Shown here: one piece after another, positions 1 through 8,535 of the stretch | Position numbering within the stretch: the stretch's first letter is position 1 | How the letters are laid out: each line of letters begins with the position of its first letter | NCBI GenBank assembly: GCA_021209625.1 | Contig: JAJOHZ010000026.1 | Location: 6,951-70,950, forward strand | Source of the DNA: Erysipelotrichaceae bacterium | GTDB lineage: Bacteria > Bacillota_I > Bacilli_A > Erysipelotrichales > Erysipelotrichaceae | Direction: 5' to 3' | Length of the DNA stretch: 64,000 nucleotides | Translations under genes and position numbers: made by a program | Notes under the pieces: generated by a model | Seen by the model: the letters and a program-made list of their open reading frames with translations, nothing else | Databases searched by the model: none | Told to the model about the DNA's origin: nothing

Positions 1-470
1 CATTTATTGGGGTTTTTGAAAATAGAGAACGATGAATTATCAATTGGATGATTCATTTTTTCACCTGGATAGTGAATTTGACGAATGTTCATTTCATGAG
101 CTAAACTTTGAAGTTCACAATCAAGGTTTTTAACACACATTAAGCAATCTTGAGGATGATTGGAAAGAAGTAATTCTAAGTTAATACGCCGTGCCATAAT
201 GGCTTTCTTTGAATCCGTTAAGATACGCTGACCTGAGGTGACTTCTTGAGCACAAGAAGGCACTAAAAGTTCTCTTTTTTCATCCTCTACCACACAGATA
301 CGACATAAGGCTTGTCGATTGACGACACCAATATCATGTAAATCAAGATGACACAAGGTTGGAATATGCATACCTACTTTAGCAGCAGCTTGTAAGATGG
401 TTGTTCCTTTCGGGACAGTCACAGGAATATCATTGATATAGCAGGTGACCATACGTTTGATAATACTCAT
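1..470 (-). CDS. Window-truncated N-terminal part of a NuoG-like Fe-S catalytic subunit, most likely the [FeFe]-hydrogenase large subunit of a HydABC-type complex (an NAD-dependent formate dehydrogenase alpha subunit cannot be excluded)
   Basis: Not in the ORF track because it runs off the window. My translation starts at ATG 470, with a GGAGGTG RBS upstream. It reads MSIIKRMVTCYINDIPVTVPKGTTILQAAAKVGMHIPTLCH..CRICVVE..SCAQEV..LLLSNHPQDCLMCVKNLDCELQ..FSIFKNPNK. That is a 2Fe-2S ferredoxin-like fold followed by the HxxxC..C..C cluster motif typical of hydrogenase/NuoG N-termini. It sits immediately downstream of NuoE- and NuoF-like genes. Confidence 0.6.
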   Translation of the reverse strand, partial: MSIIKRMVTCYINDIPVTVPKGTTILQAAAKVGMHIPTLCHLDLHDIGVVNRQALCRICVVEDEKRELLVPSCAQEVTSGQRILTDSKKAIMARRINLELLLSNHPQDCLMCVKNLDCELQSLAHEMNIRQIHYPGEKMNHPIDNSSFSIFKNPNK

Positions 471-482
471 GCTTTTCACCTC

Positions 483-2309
483 CTAAGGTCGAATGATTGC
501 ATTGACAGGACATGCACTGAAGCATGCACCACAAGCAATACATAACGATTCATCAATCACATGAAGCTGCTTAACCTTACCTTCAATACAGGTTACAGGA
601 CAACTTCGTGCACACTTCGTGCATCCAATACACTTAGCTGGATCAATACTATACGCTTTCTTCTTTGTTCGATAAGCATACGCTTCATATTCTTCTCTAA
701 AGTGAGTCAGTGTTGATAAGACAGGATTAGGAGCGGTTTGTCCTAGTCCACACAGTGATGACCATTTAATGATTTCACCTAATGAGCGTAAGCTTTCAAG
801 ATCCTCAATACTACCTTGCATGGAAGTGAGTCTCTCCAATATTTCCAACATGCGTTTTGTACCAATACGACACGGAGTACATTGTCCACACGATTCATCT
901 TGAGTGAAATCAAGATAAAACTTTGCCACTTCTACCATGTCTGAATCTTCATCCATAACAATCATTCCACCACTACCCATCATTGCTCCAATGGCTTTAA
1001 GTGATTCATAGTCAATAGGTGTATCGAAGTATTTCTCTGTGATGACACCTCCACTTGGCCCACCAATTTGAATCGCTTTAATTTTTCGATCTTTTGGATG
1101 TCCTCCACCAATATCATATACAATTTCTCTAAAGGTAGTTCCCATTGGAACTTCCACAAGGCCAATGTTTCTAACATGACCTGCTAACGCAAAGACCTTA
1201 GTACCAGGAGAGGTTGAAGTTCCAATGTCTCTAAACCACGCACTTCCTTTCACGATGATGTTAGGAACATTCGCAAGTGTTTCAACATTGTTCACCACCG
1301 TAGGTTTTCGATGATAACCACTGACGGAAGGATAGGGAGGTTTATTCTTAGGTTCTCCTCGACCCCCTTCAATGGAACGAATAAGCGCGGTTTCTTCACC
1401 ACACACAAAAGCTCCAGCACCAATCTTAATGGAGATATCAAAGGACATCAGTGTTCCTAGGATGTTAGTTCCTAAAAGTCCATAGGCTCGTGCTTGTTCA
1501 ATGGCAATTTGAAGACGATGGGTTGCTAAAGCATATTCTGCTCGAATATAAATGAATCCTCGTGTTGCTTTGGTTGCGTAAGCCGCAATGATCATACCTT
1601 CAATAATGCTATGAGGATCTCCTTCACATATAGCACGATCCATGAATGCCCCAGGATCTCCTTCATCCGCGTTACAAATAATGAATTTCTCATTGGTTTC
1701 TTCTAAATAGGCAACTTCCCATTTTACCCCAGTGGAGAATCCTCCTCCGCCTCGTCCTCGAAGTCCTGATTCATTGATGCATGTGATGACTTCAAAGGGT
1801 GTCATTTCACTTAACGCTTTTGAAAGCGCAGTGTAACCACCATTGGCGATGTATTCATCAATGATTTCAGGATCAATATGCCCACAGTTCTTTAATGCAA
1901 TACGGTGTTGCTTCTGATAAAAATCCATGCTTGATGCATCAATGGAAATCTCATCACTATGAGGATTACGATAAAGGAGTCGCTTAACAATTCTCTTGTT
2001 TAAAATGTGTTCATTAAAGATTTCATCAACATCTTCAACCTTCACTTGGACGTAATGATAATCGCCTGGTTCAATCCTTAAAATTGGTCCTTGACCGCAA
2101 AATCCAAAACATCCCGTTTTAATGATAGCGCATTGATGAGACAGTTCATGTTCATCACAAAGTTTTTGAAACATTTGAATCATAATGTCAGCCTCAGAAG
2201 ACAAACATGAGGTTCCTGCACACATGAAAAGTTTGATTCTTACGTCTTCTCGTGGTTTAAGTAGAGTTTGAAACGTATTGAATGAATCAATGGATTTAAT
2301 TCTTGACAT
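483..2309 (-). CDS. NuoF-like NAD(P)H-binding flavoprotein subunit (HydB-type) with an N-terminal thioredoxin-like 2Fe-2S domain and a C-terminal 2x[4Fe-4S] ferredoxin domain
   Basis: The ORF 483..2378 contains GGGGFSTGVKWE, ESCGQCTPCRIG and a C-terminal CIGCTKCARSCP..CIACGACFSACP. I moved the start to ATG 2309 (MSRIKS), which has an AGGAAG RBS and overlaps the upstream stop. Confidence 0.85.
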   Translation of the reverse strand: MSRIKSIDSFNTFQTLLKPREDVRIKLFMCAGTSCLSSEADIMIQMFQKLCDEHELSHQCAIIKTGCFGFCGQGPILRIEPGDYHYVQVKVEDVDEIFNEHILNKRIVKRLLYRNPHSDEISIDASSMDFYQKQHRIALKNCGHIDPEIIDEYIANGGYTALSKALSEMTPFEVITCINESGLRGRGGGGFSTGVKWEVAYLEETNEKFIICNADEGDPGAFMDRAICEGDPHSIIEGMIIAAYATKATRGFIYIRAEYALATHRLQIAIEQARAYGLLGTNILGTLMSFDISIKIGAGAFVCGEETALIRSIEGGRGEPKNKPPYPSVSGYHRKPTVVNNVETLANVPNIIVKGSAWFRDIGTSTSPGTKVFALAGHVRNIGLVEVPMGTTFREIVYDIGGGHPKDRKIKAIQIGGPSGGVITEKYFDTPIDYESLKAIGAMMGSGGMIVMDEDSDMVEVAKFYLDFTQDESCGQCTPCRIGTKRMLEILERLTSMQGSIEDLESLRSLGEIIKWSSLCGLGQTAPNPVLSTLTHFREEYEAYAYRTKKKAYSIDPAKCIGCTKCARSCPVTCIEGKVKQLHVIDESLCIACGACFSACPVNAIIRP

Positions 2310-2811
2310 GATTCTTCCTATAGATGTCAACGATGGATTTGACATTTTTGGCCTCAACATGACCAAAGACTTTCTCATTCACTGAAAGCACTGGAGCTAA
2401 ACCACAAGCTCCAATACAGCGAACATCTTTCACACTGAAGACCCCATCTTCTGACATCACATCTTTTTCAGCACCAGTTTCCTTATACACTAAATCTAGA
2501 ACCTTGTCTGAACCTTTCACAAAACACGCTGTTCCCATACAAACACTGATGGTGAACTCCCCCATTTTGTTTTCATTAAAAAACGAATAAAACGTAACAA
2601 CCCCATTCACTTGAGCACTAGAACAATTGAGTTTTAATGCGATGTGACGCTGTAAATTAGGTGGTAAGTACCCAAAAAGATGTTGGGCTTTGTGCAGGAC
2701 GTGGATGAGCTGTTCGTGCTTTGGATTCTCACATTGATCAATGAAACTATCAAGTTCGAGTAACTTGTTAGAATCAAGTGAAGAAGTATCCAAGACGTCT
2801 TGAATATTCAT
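2296..2811 (-). CDS. NuoE-like thioredoxin-fold 2Fe-2S subunit (HydC-type)
   Basis: The ORF 2296..2829 contains VCMGTACFVKG...RCIGACGLAPV, the NuoE 2Fe-2S signature. ATG 2811 (MNIQDV) follows an AAGGTGA RBS. Confidence 0.8.
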   Translation of the reverse strand: MNIQDVLDTSSLDSNKLLELDSFIDQCENPKHEQLIHVLHKAQHLFGYLPPNLQRHIALKLNCSSAQVNGVVTFYSFFNENKMGEFTISVCMGTACFVKGSDKVLDLVYKETGAEKDVMSEDGVFSVKDVRCIGACGLAPVLSVNEKVFGHVEAKNVKSIVDIYRKNHVKN

Positions 2812-2910
2812 AACTTCACCTTCTTTCAAATCGTAATCTCATTTGAGACCATCATATCACATTTCGTGATTTATTTCACATAATGAGTGATTATTTTAAC
2901 ATATTAGACT

Positions 2911-2940
2911 AAAAAAACTAAGAGATACTTTCTCTTAGTT
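2911..2940 (-). terminator. Rho-independent terminator after the kinase gene
   Basis: The minus strand reads AACTAAGAGA-AAGTA-TCTCTTAGTT followed by a T7 tract. The stem overlaps the TGA stop at 2940-2942. Confidence 0.65.
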
Positions 2941-3683
2941 CATGATTCATGAATTAACTTACTTAATTGATCTTTAAATTGAGGTGACTCCTCTTCTAAC
3001 ATTCGAAGTGCTGCCATTAATGGTATGGCTTGTTTGACTTCTTCACTATGAATGCCCATTTGCTTACAGATTTGCTTCAAATAAGGATTGGCTTGTCGTT
3101 TTACATACTGGTACAGAATAATGTATGATCTTGCGATATCCATTACAGGATTTCCAAGTTTAGCATTCATCCAATCAAGAATCACTAATCCTTCATCAGT
3201 CATCATGATGTTCTCTAAATGCATATCAAAATGACACAAATGATACTTACGTTCAATCATCGATAATGATTGCAAAGCTTTATCCTTCACTTCTTGTTGA
3301 AGTGATGAGTGTTTTAGTGTTGATTCAAATGCAGTGAATGCATCTTCGCAATCAAGATCATGATATTGAAAAACTTCTACTTGAGCTTGAATCAAACATT
3401 GAATGCCTTCTTTAAATTTTTCTTTTCTCATCATGTCAGCGATGGTTTTGCCATGAATTAAACTCATTTTTAAAGCATGTTCATCCTTCAACACTTCACA
3501 TGCCACACTCTTTAATTGTGTTTTTGTGTGTATTTGAGTAAGAATATGAGCTTCCTTGATTATTCCTTCGATTGGATACCATGACGGGTAAAGTTTATAC
3601 GCCCATACATCATCCGTAACGATTTGGGCTACCCTACCTTTGCCTATGATTCTTAAGTTACTCATCGTGCTAGATTGATTCAT
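2940..3683 (-). CDS. Aminoglycoside/choline-kinase-type phosphotransferase (APH family); substrate unknown
   Basis: Contains HFDMHLENIMM..ILDWMNAKLGNPVMDIARS, the Brenner catalytic loop (HxDxxxxN) plus the metal-binding D of APH/ChoK kinases. Confidence 0.7.
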   Translation of the reverse strand: MNQSSTMSNLRIIGKGRVAQIVTDDVWAYKLYPSWYPIEGIIKEAHILTQIHTKTQLKSVACEVLKDEHALKMSLIHGKTIADMMRKEKFKEGIQCLIQAQVEVFQYHDLDCEDAFTAFESTLKHSSLQQEVKDKALQSLSMIERKYHLCHFDMHLENIMMTDEGLVILDWMNAKLGNPVMDIARSYIILYQYVKRQANPYLKQICKQMGIHSEEVKQAIPLMAALRMLEEESPQFKDQLSKLIHES

Positions 3684-4591
3684 TCTTCACCTTAATCAAG
3701 ACATTGCCTGTCTTGTGTCCTCGATAAGCATGAGCAAATGCTTCTTTATAGTCGATTAGATCAACAACTTTTTCAATGATGGGTTGAATACGTTTGTGTG
3801 AAAGACAGTCATTAAGAAAGGCAAGTCGTTGTTTGTCTTCTTTGGTGACGGATTTGATACTTAAAAACTTACCACTTGGTTTCAGAAGGTGTGTAATCTG
3901 CTTTCTTTGTATTTTACCTACCGCATCAAATACCACATCAAATTTCTGATTTAGATTGAACACATCTTCTGTTTGATAATCCAAAATGGGTTGTGAATGG
4001 ATACTCGATAATTGCTGATGGTGTTTAGCGCTAGCAACTGCCACAACATTGGCTTCAAACATGTGAGCTAGTGACAAAGCCGCACTTCCAACAGAACCAC
4101 TGGCTCCATAAAGATACACATCATCTGACTTACTCAGCGTTGATTCATTAAGGAAATGATAAGCACTTAAGAAACCAAAAGGAATACAAGCCGCCTCTTG
4201 TAACGACACTTCAGGGTTAAGCACACTTACGATACTTTTGTCATTAAAATTAAGTTTTTCTGCTGCGACCCCTGCTTTCATTGAGTTAATGAAGTTAACA
4301 TGATCACCAACCTTGTACCCTGTAACACTTGAACCCACTTGTGCAATCACCCCACTACCACAAATACCCCGAACAACAGCCTCTTGGTTTATTCCAACCA
4401 AAAACAAGTCTAATCATGATTTGTAAGTACCAAGGTTGACTTAACGTATTGATGTTCTTATCTCCTGCAGTCACGTTACAATAATGCACATCAATGAGAA
4501 TATCATCAGGTTTCACTACCTTCACGTCATCAATTTCTACTAAATGTAAGGTTGATTCATCACCGTATCTCTTCTGTATTATCGCTTTCAT
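3670..4591 (-). CDS. Zinc-type/MDR quinone oxidoreductase-like dehydrogenase, split by one frameshift in this sequence
   Basis: ORF 4355..4591 (MKAIIQKRYGDESTLHLVEIDD...) and ORF 3670..4407 (..VVRGICGSGVIAQVGSSVTGYKVGDHV..YGASGSVGSAA..) are the two halves of one MDR-family protein. The frames rejoin at AAACCAAGAGG (4384-4385). Confidence 0.7.
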
Positions 4592-4691
4592 AGATTACCT
4601 CGTTAGATTTAGTATATCAAAATAACCACTCAAATATTGAACTTACATCAACATGCATTATAATCAAATCAACCTGCATGCATTCACGATA

Positions 4692-4714
4692 CAAAAAAAC
4701 ACCCTAAGGTGTTT
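4692..4714 (-). terminator. Rho-independent terminator after tRNA-Glu
   Basis: The minus strand reads AAACACC-TTAG-GGTGTTT followed by a T-run. Confidence 0.55.
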
Positions 4715-4724
4715 GATTGGCATT

Positions 4725-4800
4725 TGGTGACCCGTACGGGATTCGAACCCGTGAATGCATGCGTGAAAGGCATGTGAGTTAACCGTTTCTCCAACGGGCC
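4725..4800 (-). tRNA. tRNA-Glu (anticodon UUC), CCA encoded
   Basis: The reverse complement is GGCCCGTTGGAGAAACGGTTAACTCACATGCCTTTCACGCATGCATTCACGGGTTCGAATCCCGTACGGGTCACCA. It folds as a cloverleaf with anticodon loop CTTTCAC. Confidence 0.93.
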
Positions 4801-4807
4801 AATTGAA

Positions 4808-4883
4808 TGGCGCCTGAAACAGGACTCGAACCTGTGACCAACCGGTTAACAGCCGGTTGCTCTACCTACTGAGCTATTCAGGC
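4808..4883 (-). tRNA. tRNA-Asn (anticodon GUU), CCA encoded
   Basis: The reverse complement is GCCTGAATAGCTCAGTAGGTAGAGCAACCGGCTGTTAACCGGTTGGTCACAGGTTCGAGTCCTGTTTCAGGCGCCA. The anticodon stem is ACCGG/CCGGT and the loop is CTGTTAA. Confidence 0.93.
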
Positions 4884-4895
4884 AAGTGCTTATAA

Positions 4896-4924
4896 AATAT
4901 ACCATACCCATAAGCACTTTGCAA
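4896..4924 (-). promoter_or_regulatory. Candidate sigma-A promoter for tRNA-Asn/tRNA-Glu
   Basis: Minus strand: TTGCAA (4919-4924), a 17-nt spacer ending in TGG, then TATATT (4896-4901). This places the start about 6 nt upstream of the tRNA-Asn 5' end. Confidence 0.5.
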
Positions 4925-4951
4925 CACTTTTTTAAACTAAAAGTTGCCAAA

Positions 4952-6313
4952 TTAAGTGTTTTGCAACGTTAAATTTTTAACCCATTTTTCCTTCTTCACC
5001 AAGGCATATGAAATCAGTAATTTTAAGAAATCTGTGGATTGACCAACTAAATAAATTGCCAAAATTGGCCATGAGGTGAAGGTCGCCGCAATAAAGACTG
5101 CAGGCACATTCACCAACCACATGAAGACAGAATCCATGATGAGCGTAGATTTCATATCACCACCAGCTCGTAAAATAAAGTAGCATTCTGCATTACTCAT
5201 ATAGATCACAAACATGAGTGACATGATTCTAAGAACAGATGATGCAATTTCTCGCTCTGTCTGACTAACTTGATAGAATTGTGGCACAGCGATGGAAGAG
5301 ATAAACATGAGACTTCCTAGAAACAGTGCTAAAACAATACTGAAACCTAGCATATAATACCCTCGAGTTCGTGCCTCTTCAAGTTCATTTGCTCCTAAAG
5401 GTTGTGAAATCATCACTGTTGTAGCCACCGCCATACCCCCAAATAAAACAAAGAATAAATCAGCCGTGGTTGATGCGATGGACATGCCTGATATCACTTC
5501 TGAACCACGAGTCGCATAGAGTTTAAAGAGGGTCGCCATCCCCGCAGACCATAAGAACTCATTAATGGTCAATGGTAAAGCTTTGATCGTAATAGTTTTT
5601 AAGTTATATGATGAAATATGAAACACTTGAGAAGGTTTTGTACTGAAAGTAAAATGCTTCATTTTTAATGAGACCAACAAGGCAATCATCTCGAAGAAGC
5701 GAGAAATCACCGTAGCATATGCTGCTCCCGCAACTCCTAGCGCTGGCAAACCAAAATGTCCAAAGATAAGCACATAGTTTAAAATGGCATTCATGGATAC
5801 CGCAACAATACTGATCACTAGAGGAATCTTAGTTTCCCCTACTGAGCGCATTGCGCTAGCTAATGCGAACGTTAATCCTAAAGGTAAGAATGCAAAAGCG
5901 ACAATGCGAATGTACTCTGTGCCCGCTTGAAGGATGGCAGGATCTTGACTAAAGAAACCCAACACCGTTTGAGGAATAAGTAACCCTAATATTATAAAGG
6001 GAAGCATCACTAGGTAGACTGCGGTCAATGAATAACGGAAAGCTTGTTTAATGTTTTCCTCATCCTTAGCCCCAAAATACTGAGCAATGAAGATGGAAGC
6101 AGCACCAGTCACTCCAAAGGTTGCAAATATGCCGACCATGAAGAAACGATTGGTAATGGCTACACCACCTAAGGCAATTCCACCTAACTGTCCTACCATC
6201 AGGTTGTCTACTAAGTTAAGGGATGAGGTGATGAGTTGTTGAAGCATAAAAGGAATGGCCACAACAAGGACATTCTTGTAAAACTGTGATGGAGCAATGA
6301 ATCGTTTAAACAT
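4952..6313 (-). CDS. MATE-family multidrug/toxic-compound efflux transporter
   Basis: The ORF 4952..6454 is a 12-TM MATE-like protein (..LVDNLMVGQLGG.., ..GETKIPLVISI..). The first 47 codons of the track ORF are a translation of tRNA-Ala and are spurious. The real start is ATG 6313 (MFKRFIAP), preceded by GGAGGCA. Confidence 0.85.
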   Translation of the reverse strand: MFKRFIAPSQFYKNVLVVAIPFMLQQLITSSLNLVDNLMVGQLGGIALGGVAITNRFFMVGIFATFGVTGAASIFIAQYFGAKDEENIKQAFRYSLTAVYLVMLPFIILGLLIPQTVLGFFSQDPAILQAGTEYIRIVAFAFLPLGLTFALASAMRSVGETKIPLVISIVAVSMNAILNYVLIFGHFGLPALGVAGAAYATVISRFFEMIALLVSLKMKHFTFSTKPSQVFHISSYNLKTITIKALPLTINEFLWSAGMATLFKLYATRGSEVISGMSIASTTADLFFVLFGGMAVATTVMISQPLGANELEEARTRGYYMLGFSIVLALFLGSLMFISSIAVPQFYQVSQTEREIASSVLRIMSLMFVIYMSNAECYFILRAGGDMKSTLIMDSVFMWLVNVPAVFIAATFTSWPILAIYLVGQSTDFLKLLISYALVKKEKWVKNLTLQNT

Positions 6314-6322
6314 AGATGCCTC

Positions 6323-6353
6323 CAAAAAATAACGCGATGGGATTCCATCGCGT
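6323..6353 (-). terminator. Rho-independent terminator after tRNA-Ala, directly abutting the MATE RBS
   Basis: The minus strand reads ACGCGATGG-AATC-CCATCGCGT (9-bp stem) followed by TATTTTTT, then GGAGGCATCTATG. Confidence 0.7.
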
Positions 6354-6365
6354 CTAAGTTTCCTA

Positions 6366-6441
6366 TGGTGGAGCTTATCGGGATCGAACCGATGACCTCC
6401 TGCGTGCAAAGCAGGCGCTCTCCCAGCTGAGCTAAAACCCC
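6366..6441 (-). tRNA. tRNA-Ala (anticodon UGC), CCA encoded
   Basis: The reverse complement is GGGGTTTTAGCTCAGCTGGGAGAGCGCCTGCTTTGCACGCAGGAGGTCATCGGTTCGATCCCGATAAGCTCCACCA. The G3:U70 identity pair is present. Confidence 0.95.
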
Positions 6442-6459
6442 ATATGACATTCAAAAGTA

Positions 6460-6536
<77 letters not shown>

Positions 6537-6558
6537 AACATTTGCTGAATGCTTAATA

Positions 6559-6587
6559 AATATACCATTTACACCTAGGAGTGTCAA
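6559..6587 (-). promoter_or_regulatory. Candidate sigma-A promoter for tRNA-Ile/tRNA-Ala
   Basis: Minus strand: TTGACA (6582-6587), a 17-nt spacer ending in TGG (extended -10), then TATATT (6559-6564). The tRNA-Ile 5' end lies about 20 nt downstream. Confidence 0.6.
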
Positions 6588-6732
6588 CCAAAAAAACACC
6601 TTTTTTTGATGTTTTTGAAGATAAATCACATAATCATGAATATCCCTTTTTGTTGCTGTCTTTCCTCTTCATTATGCACCAATGTATTCAACTGTTAATC
6701 AATAAGTAGGAACATTAAAACATCTTACTCAC

Positions 6733-6761
6733 AAAAAAACTCCCAGAAAGCTCTGAGAGTT
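6733..6761 (-). terminator. Rho-independent terminator after rpsI
   Basis: The minus strand reads AACTCTCAG-AGCTT-CTGGGAGTT followed by T7. Confidence 0.65.
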
Positions 6762-6782
6762 TGAATGTTTCCAACGAAAGAA

Positions 6783-7189
6783 TTAACGTTTGGAGAATTG
6801 TGGAGCGCGACGTGCACCTTTAAGACCGTATTTTTTACGTTCTTTTTGTCTTGGATCACGAGTCAAGAATCCTGCAGCTTTTAATACTGCACGATAATCA
6901 GGACCAGCTACCAATAACGCACGTGAAATTCCATGACGGATAGCACCAGATTGTCCAGTGTATCCTCCACCTTGCACATTGACGTTCACATTGAATGATC
7001 CTAAAGTATCAGTCGTTTCAAGTGGTGAGCGAACAACCATGCGAAGTGTTTCTAAAGGTAGATAGTCGTCTAAGCTTTTTCCATTCACGGTGATTTCTCC
7101 AGTTCCTGGAGTTAAATACACACGTGCTGTGGATGATTTACGACTCCTGTACCGTGGTACATGACAACTTGTTTTTTCTTTGCAGCCAT
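6783..7189 (-). CDS. rpsI: 30S ribosomal protein S9, with an apparent 1-nt deletion after codon 15 in this sequence
   Basis: The body [22 protein letters not shown]...[14 protein letters not shown] is S9. ATG 7189 follows an AAGGGAG RBS and gives [15 protein letters not shown], but this is one frame off from the body. The span is 407 nt, which is not a multiple of 3. Confidence 0.9.
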
Positions 7190-7638
7190 AGTGTCTCCCT
7201 TCTATCCTTAATGACCAATTCAACAGGTTGTTGTGCAACATGTGGATGATTTGGTCCCTTGTAAACAAATAAATGCATACGTTGTTTATCACCAAGTTTG
7301 GTGTGTGGCAACATGCCTTTGATTGCTTTTTCTACCCATTCAACGGTGTATTTTTCACGCATAACTTTTGTTGTGCGTACGCGGAGCCCTCCAGGGTATT
7401 GGGAGTGAGCGTAATACTTCTTCGTTTCGTCTTTGTTTCCAGTTACGACGATCTTATCAGCGTTAATCACAATCACATAATCCCCTGTATCCACGTTTGG
7501 AGTATAGGTTGGTTTGTGTTTTCCACGTAAGACAGTTGCAACTTCACTTGCAAGACGACCTAAAGTTTTGTCAGTTCCGTCAACGACATACCATTGACGA
7601 ACAACTTCATTTGGTTTGGCCATAGTTGTTTGGCGCAT
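7138..7638 (-). CDS. rplM: 50S ribosomal protein L13; the ORF carries 21 extra C-terminal codons that overlap the rpsI start
   Basis: The protein reads [53 protein letters not shown]... L13 homology ends at ..[10 protein letters not shown] (codon 7204-7206). The tail RRETLWLQ.. reads through the rpsI RBS and ATG. Confidence 0.9.
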   Translation of the reverse strand: MRQTTMAKPNEVVRQWYVVDGTDKTLGRLASEVATVLRGKHKPTYTPNVDTGDYVIVINADKIVVTGNKDETKKYYAHSQYPGGLRVRTTKVMREKYTVEWVEKAIKGMLPHTKLGDKQRMHLFVYKGPNHPHVAQQPVELVIKDRRETLWLQRKNKLSCTTVQES

Positions 7639-7728
7639 AATATTTCTCCTATCCAGATGTAGTTTCCGGGGCTACATTTGGCATAAAGTGCCATATAAAA
7701 TAGTACCGTAAAACATCATTAAAGTCAA
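7639..7728 (-). promoter_or_regulatory. Candidate rplM-rpsI promoter plus a short structured leader (possible L13-leader-type element)
   Basis: Minus strand: TTGACT (7723-7728), a 17-nt spacer, then TACTAT (7700-7705). The leader holds two hairpins, TGGCA-CTTTA-TGCCA and ATGTAG-CCCCGGAAA-CTACAT, before the GGAG RBS. Confidence 0.4.
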
Positions 7729-7770
7729 TGAAAAGATTTCCTAATCATCATAATACTGGCAATGCAATCC

Positions 7771-8535
7771 CTAGTCTAATGAAGTAATAAGATTAGCATT
7801 TAAACGCAATAGAAATGTTCTTGCTTCTTGCATCATCTTTGTGTCTTTGAGATGCTTTGGATCATGAGCATCTACCCCAACAATGATTTTGCATCCACGA
7901 TCTGCAACAATCTTCCAGAAGGTCTCATTAGGATAATGATCTCTGTATCGCTTGCCACCAAGATTATATTCCATGATGGTATTCGTTTCTATGGCCACAT
8001 CACATAACGCATGAATCATTTCAATGGTCGCGCTATTAATCACATTAGCTGTCTTCAAAAAGAGGTCTGGGTGAGCGAAGATTTTATATACCCCACTTCT
8101 CATGGCTTTTATGGAATCTGATAAATAATCATGATAGAGATTACGATAGTCTTTATAGTTACCGTAATAGGTCTCATTACTGTCTTTAATGTGGAAGTGA
8201 TTACCTAACACGATAAGATCTAAGTCATATTCCTCAACCAATGCCTTTAACTCACTTAAGCGTGACTCAAAGAATTCAGCTTCTAATCCAACAAGAATAT
8301 TAATCTTGTTTTTATATTTTTCTTTTAAAGCACGAATGGAAGTGACATACTCTTTCATTTCTCTCATATGCATACGAATGCGATCAGTTTCATCCTCAAT
8401 CAAATTCCATGGAGCATGATCTGTAAATGCTAATTCATCATATCCTGCTTCAATGGCCGCTAAAACATAATCCTCATCAGTTCCATACGCATGTTTACAG
8501 CGACGTGTATGGGTATGATAATTTCCATTAATCAT
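7771..8535 (-). CDS. PHP-domain phosphoesterase (histidinol-phosphatase HisJ/HisK family)
   Basis: Contains N-terminal NYHTHTRRCKHA and internal ..FTDHAP.., ..GLEAEF.., ..AHPD.., ..GVDAHDP.., which are the PHP metal-binding motifs. Confidence 0.75.
   Translation of the reverse strand: MINGNYHTHTRRCKHAYGTDEDYVLAAIEAGYDELAFTDHAPWNLIEDETDRIRMHMREMKEYVTSIRALKEKYKNKINILVGLEAEFFESRLSELKALVEEYDLDLIVLGNHFHIKDSNETYYGNYKDYRNLYHDYLSDSIKAMRSGVYKIFAHPDLFLKTANVINSATIEMIHALCDVAIETNTIMEYNLGGKRYRDHYPNETFWKIVADRGCKIIVGVDAHDPKHLKDTKMMQEARTFLLRLNANLITSLD

Noticed and set aside
6211-6454. The N-terminal 47 codons of the MATE track ORF, and the overlapping 79-aa ORF 6211..6450
   Set aside because: They translate straight through tRNA-Ala (the peptide GFSSAGRAPALHAGGHRFDP is tRNA sequence). 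The real MATE start, with an RBS, is at 6313.
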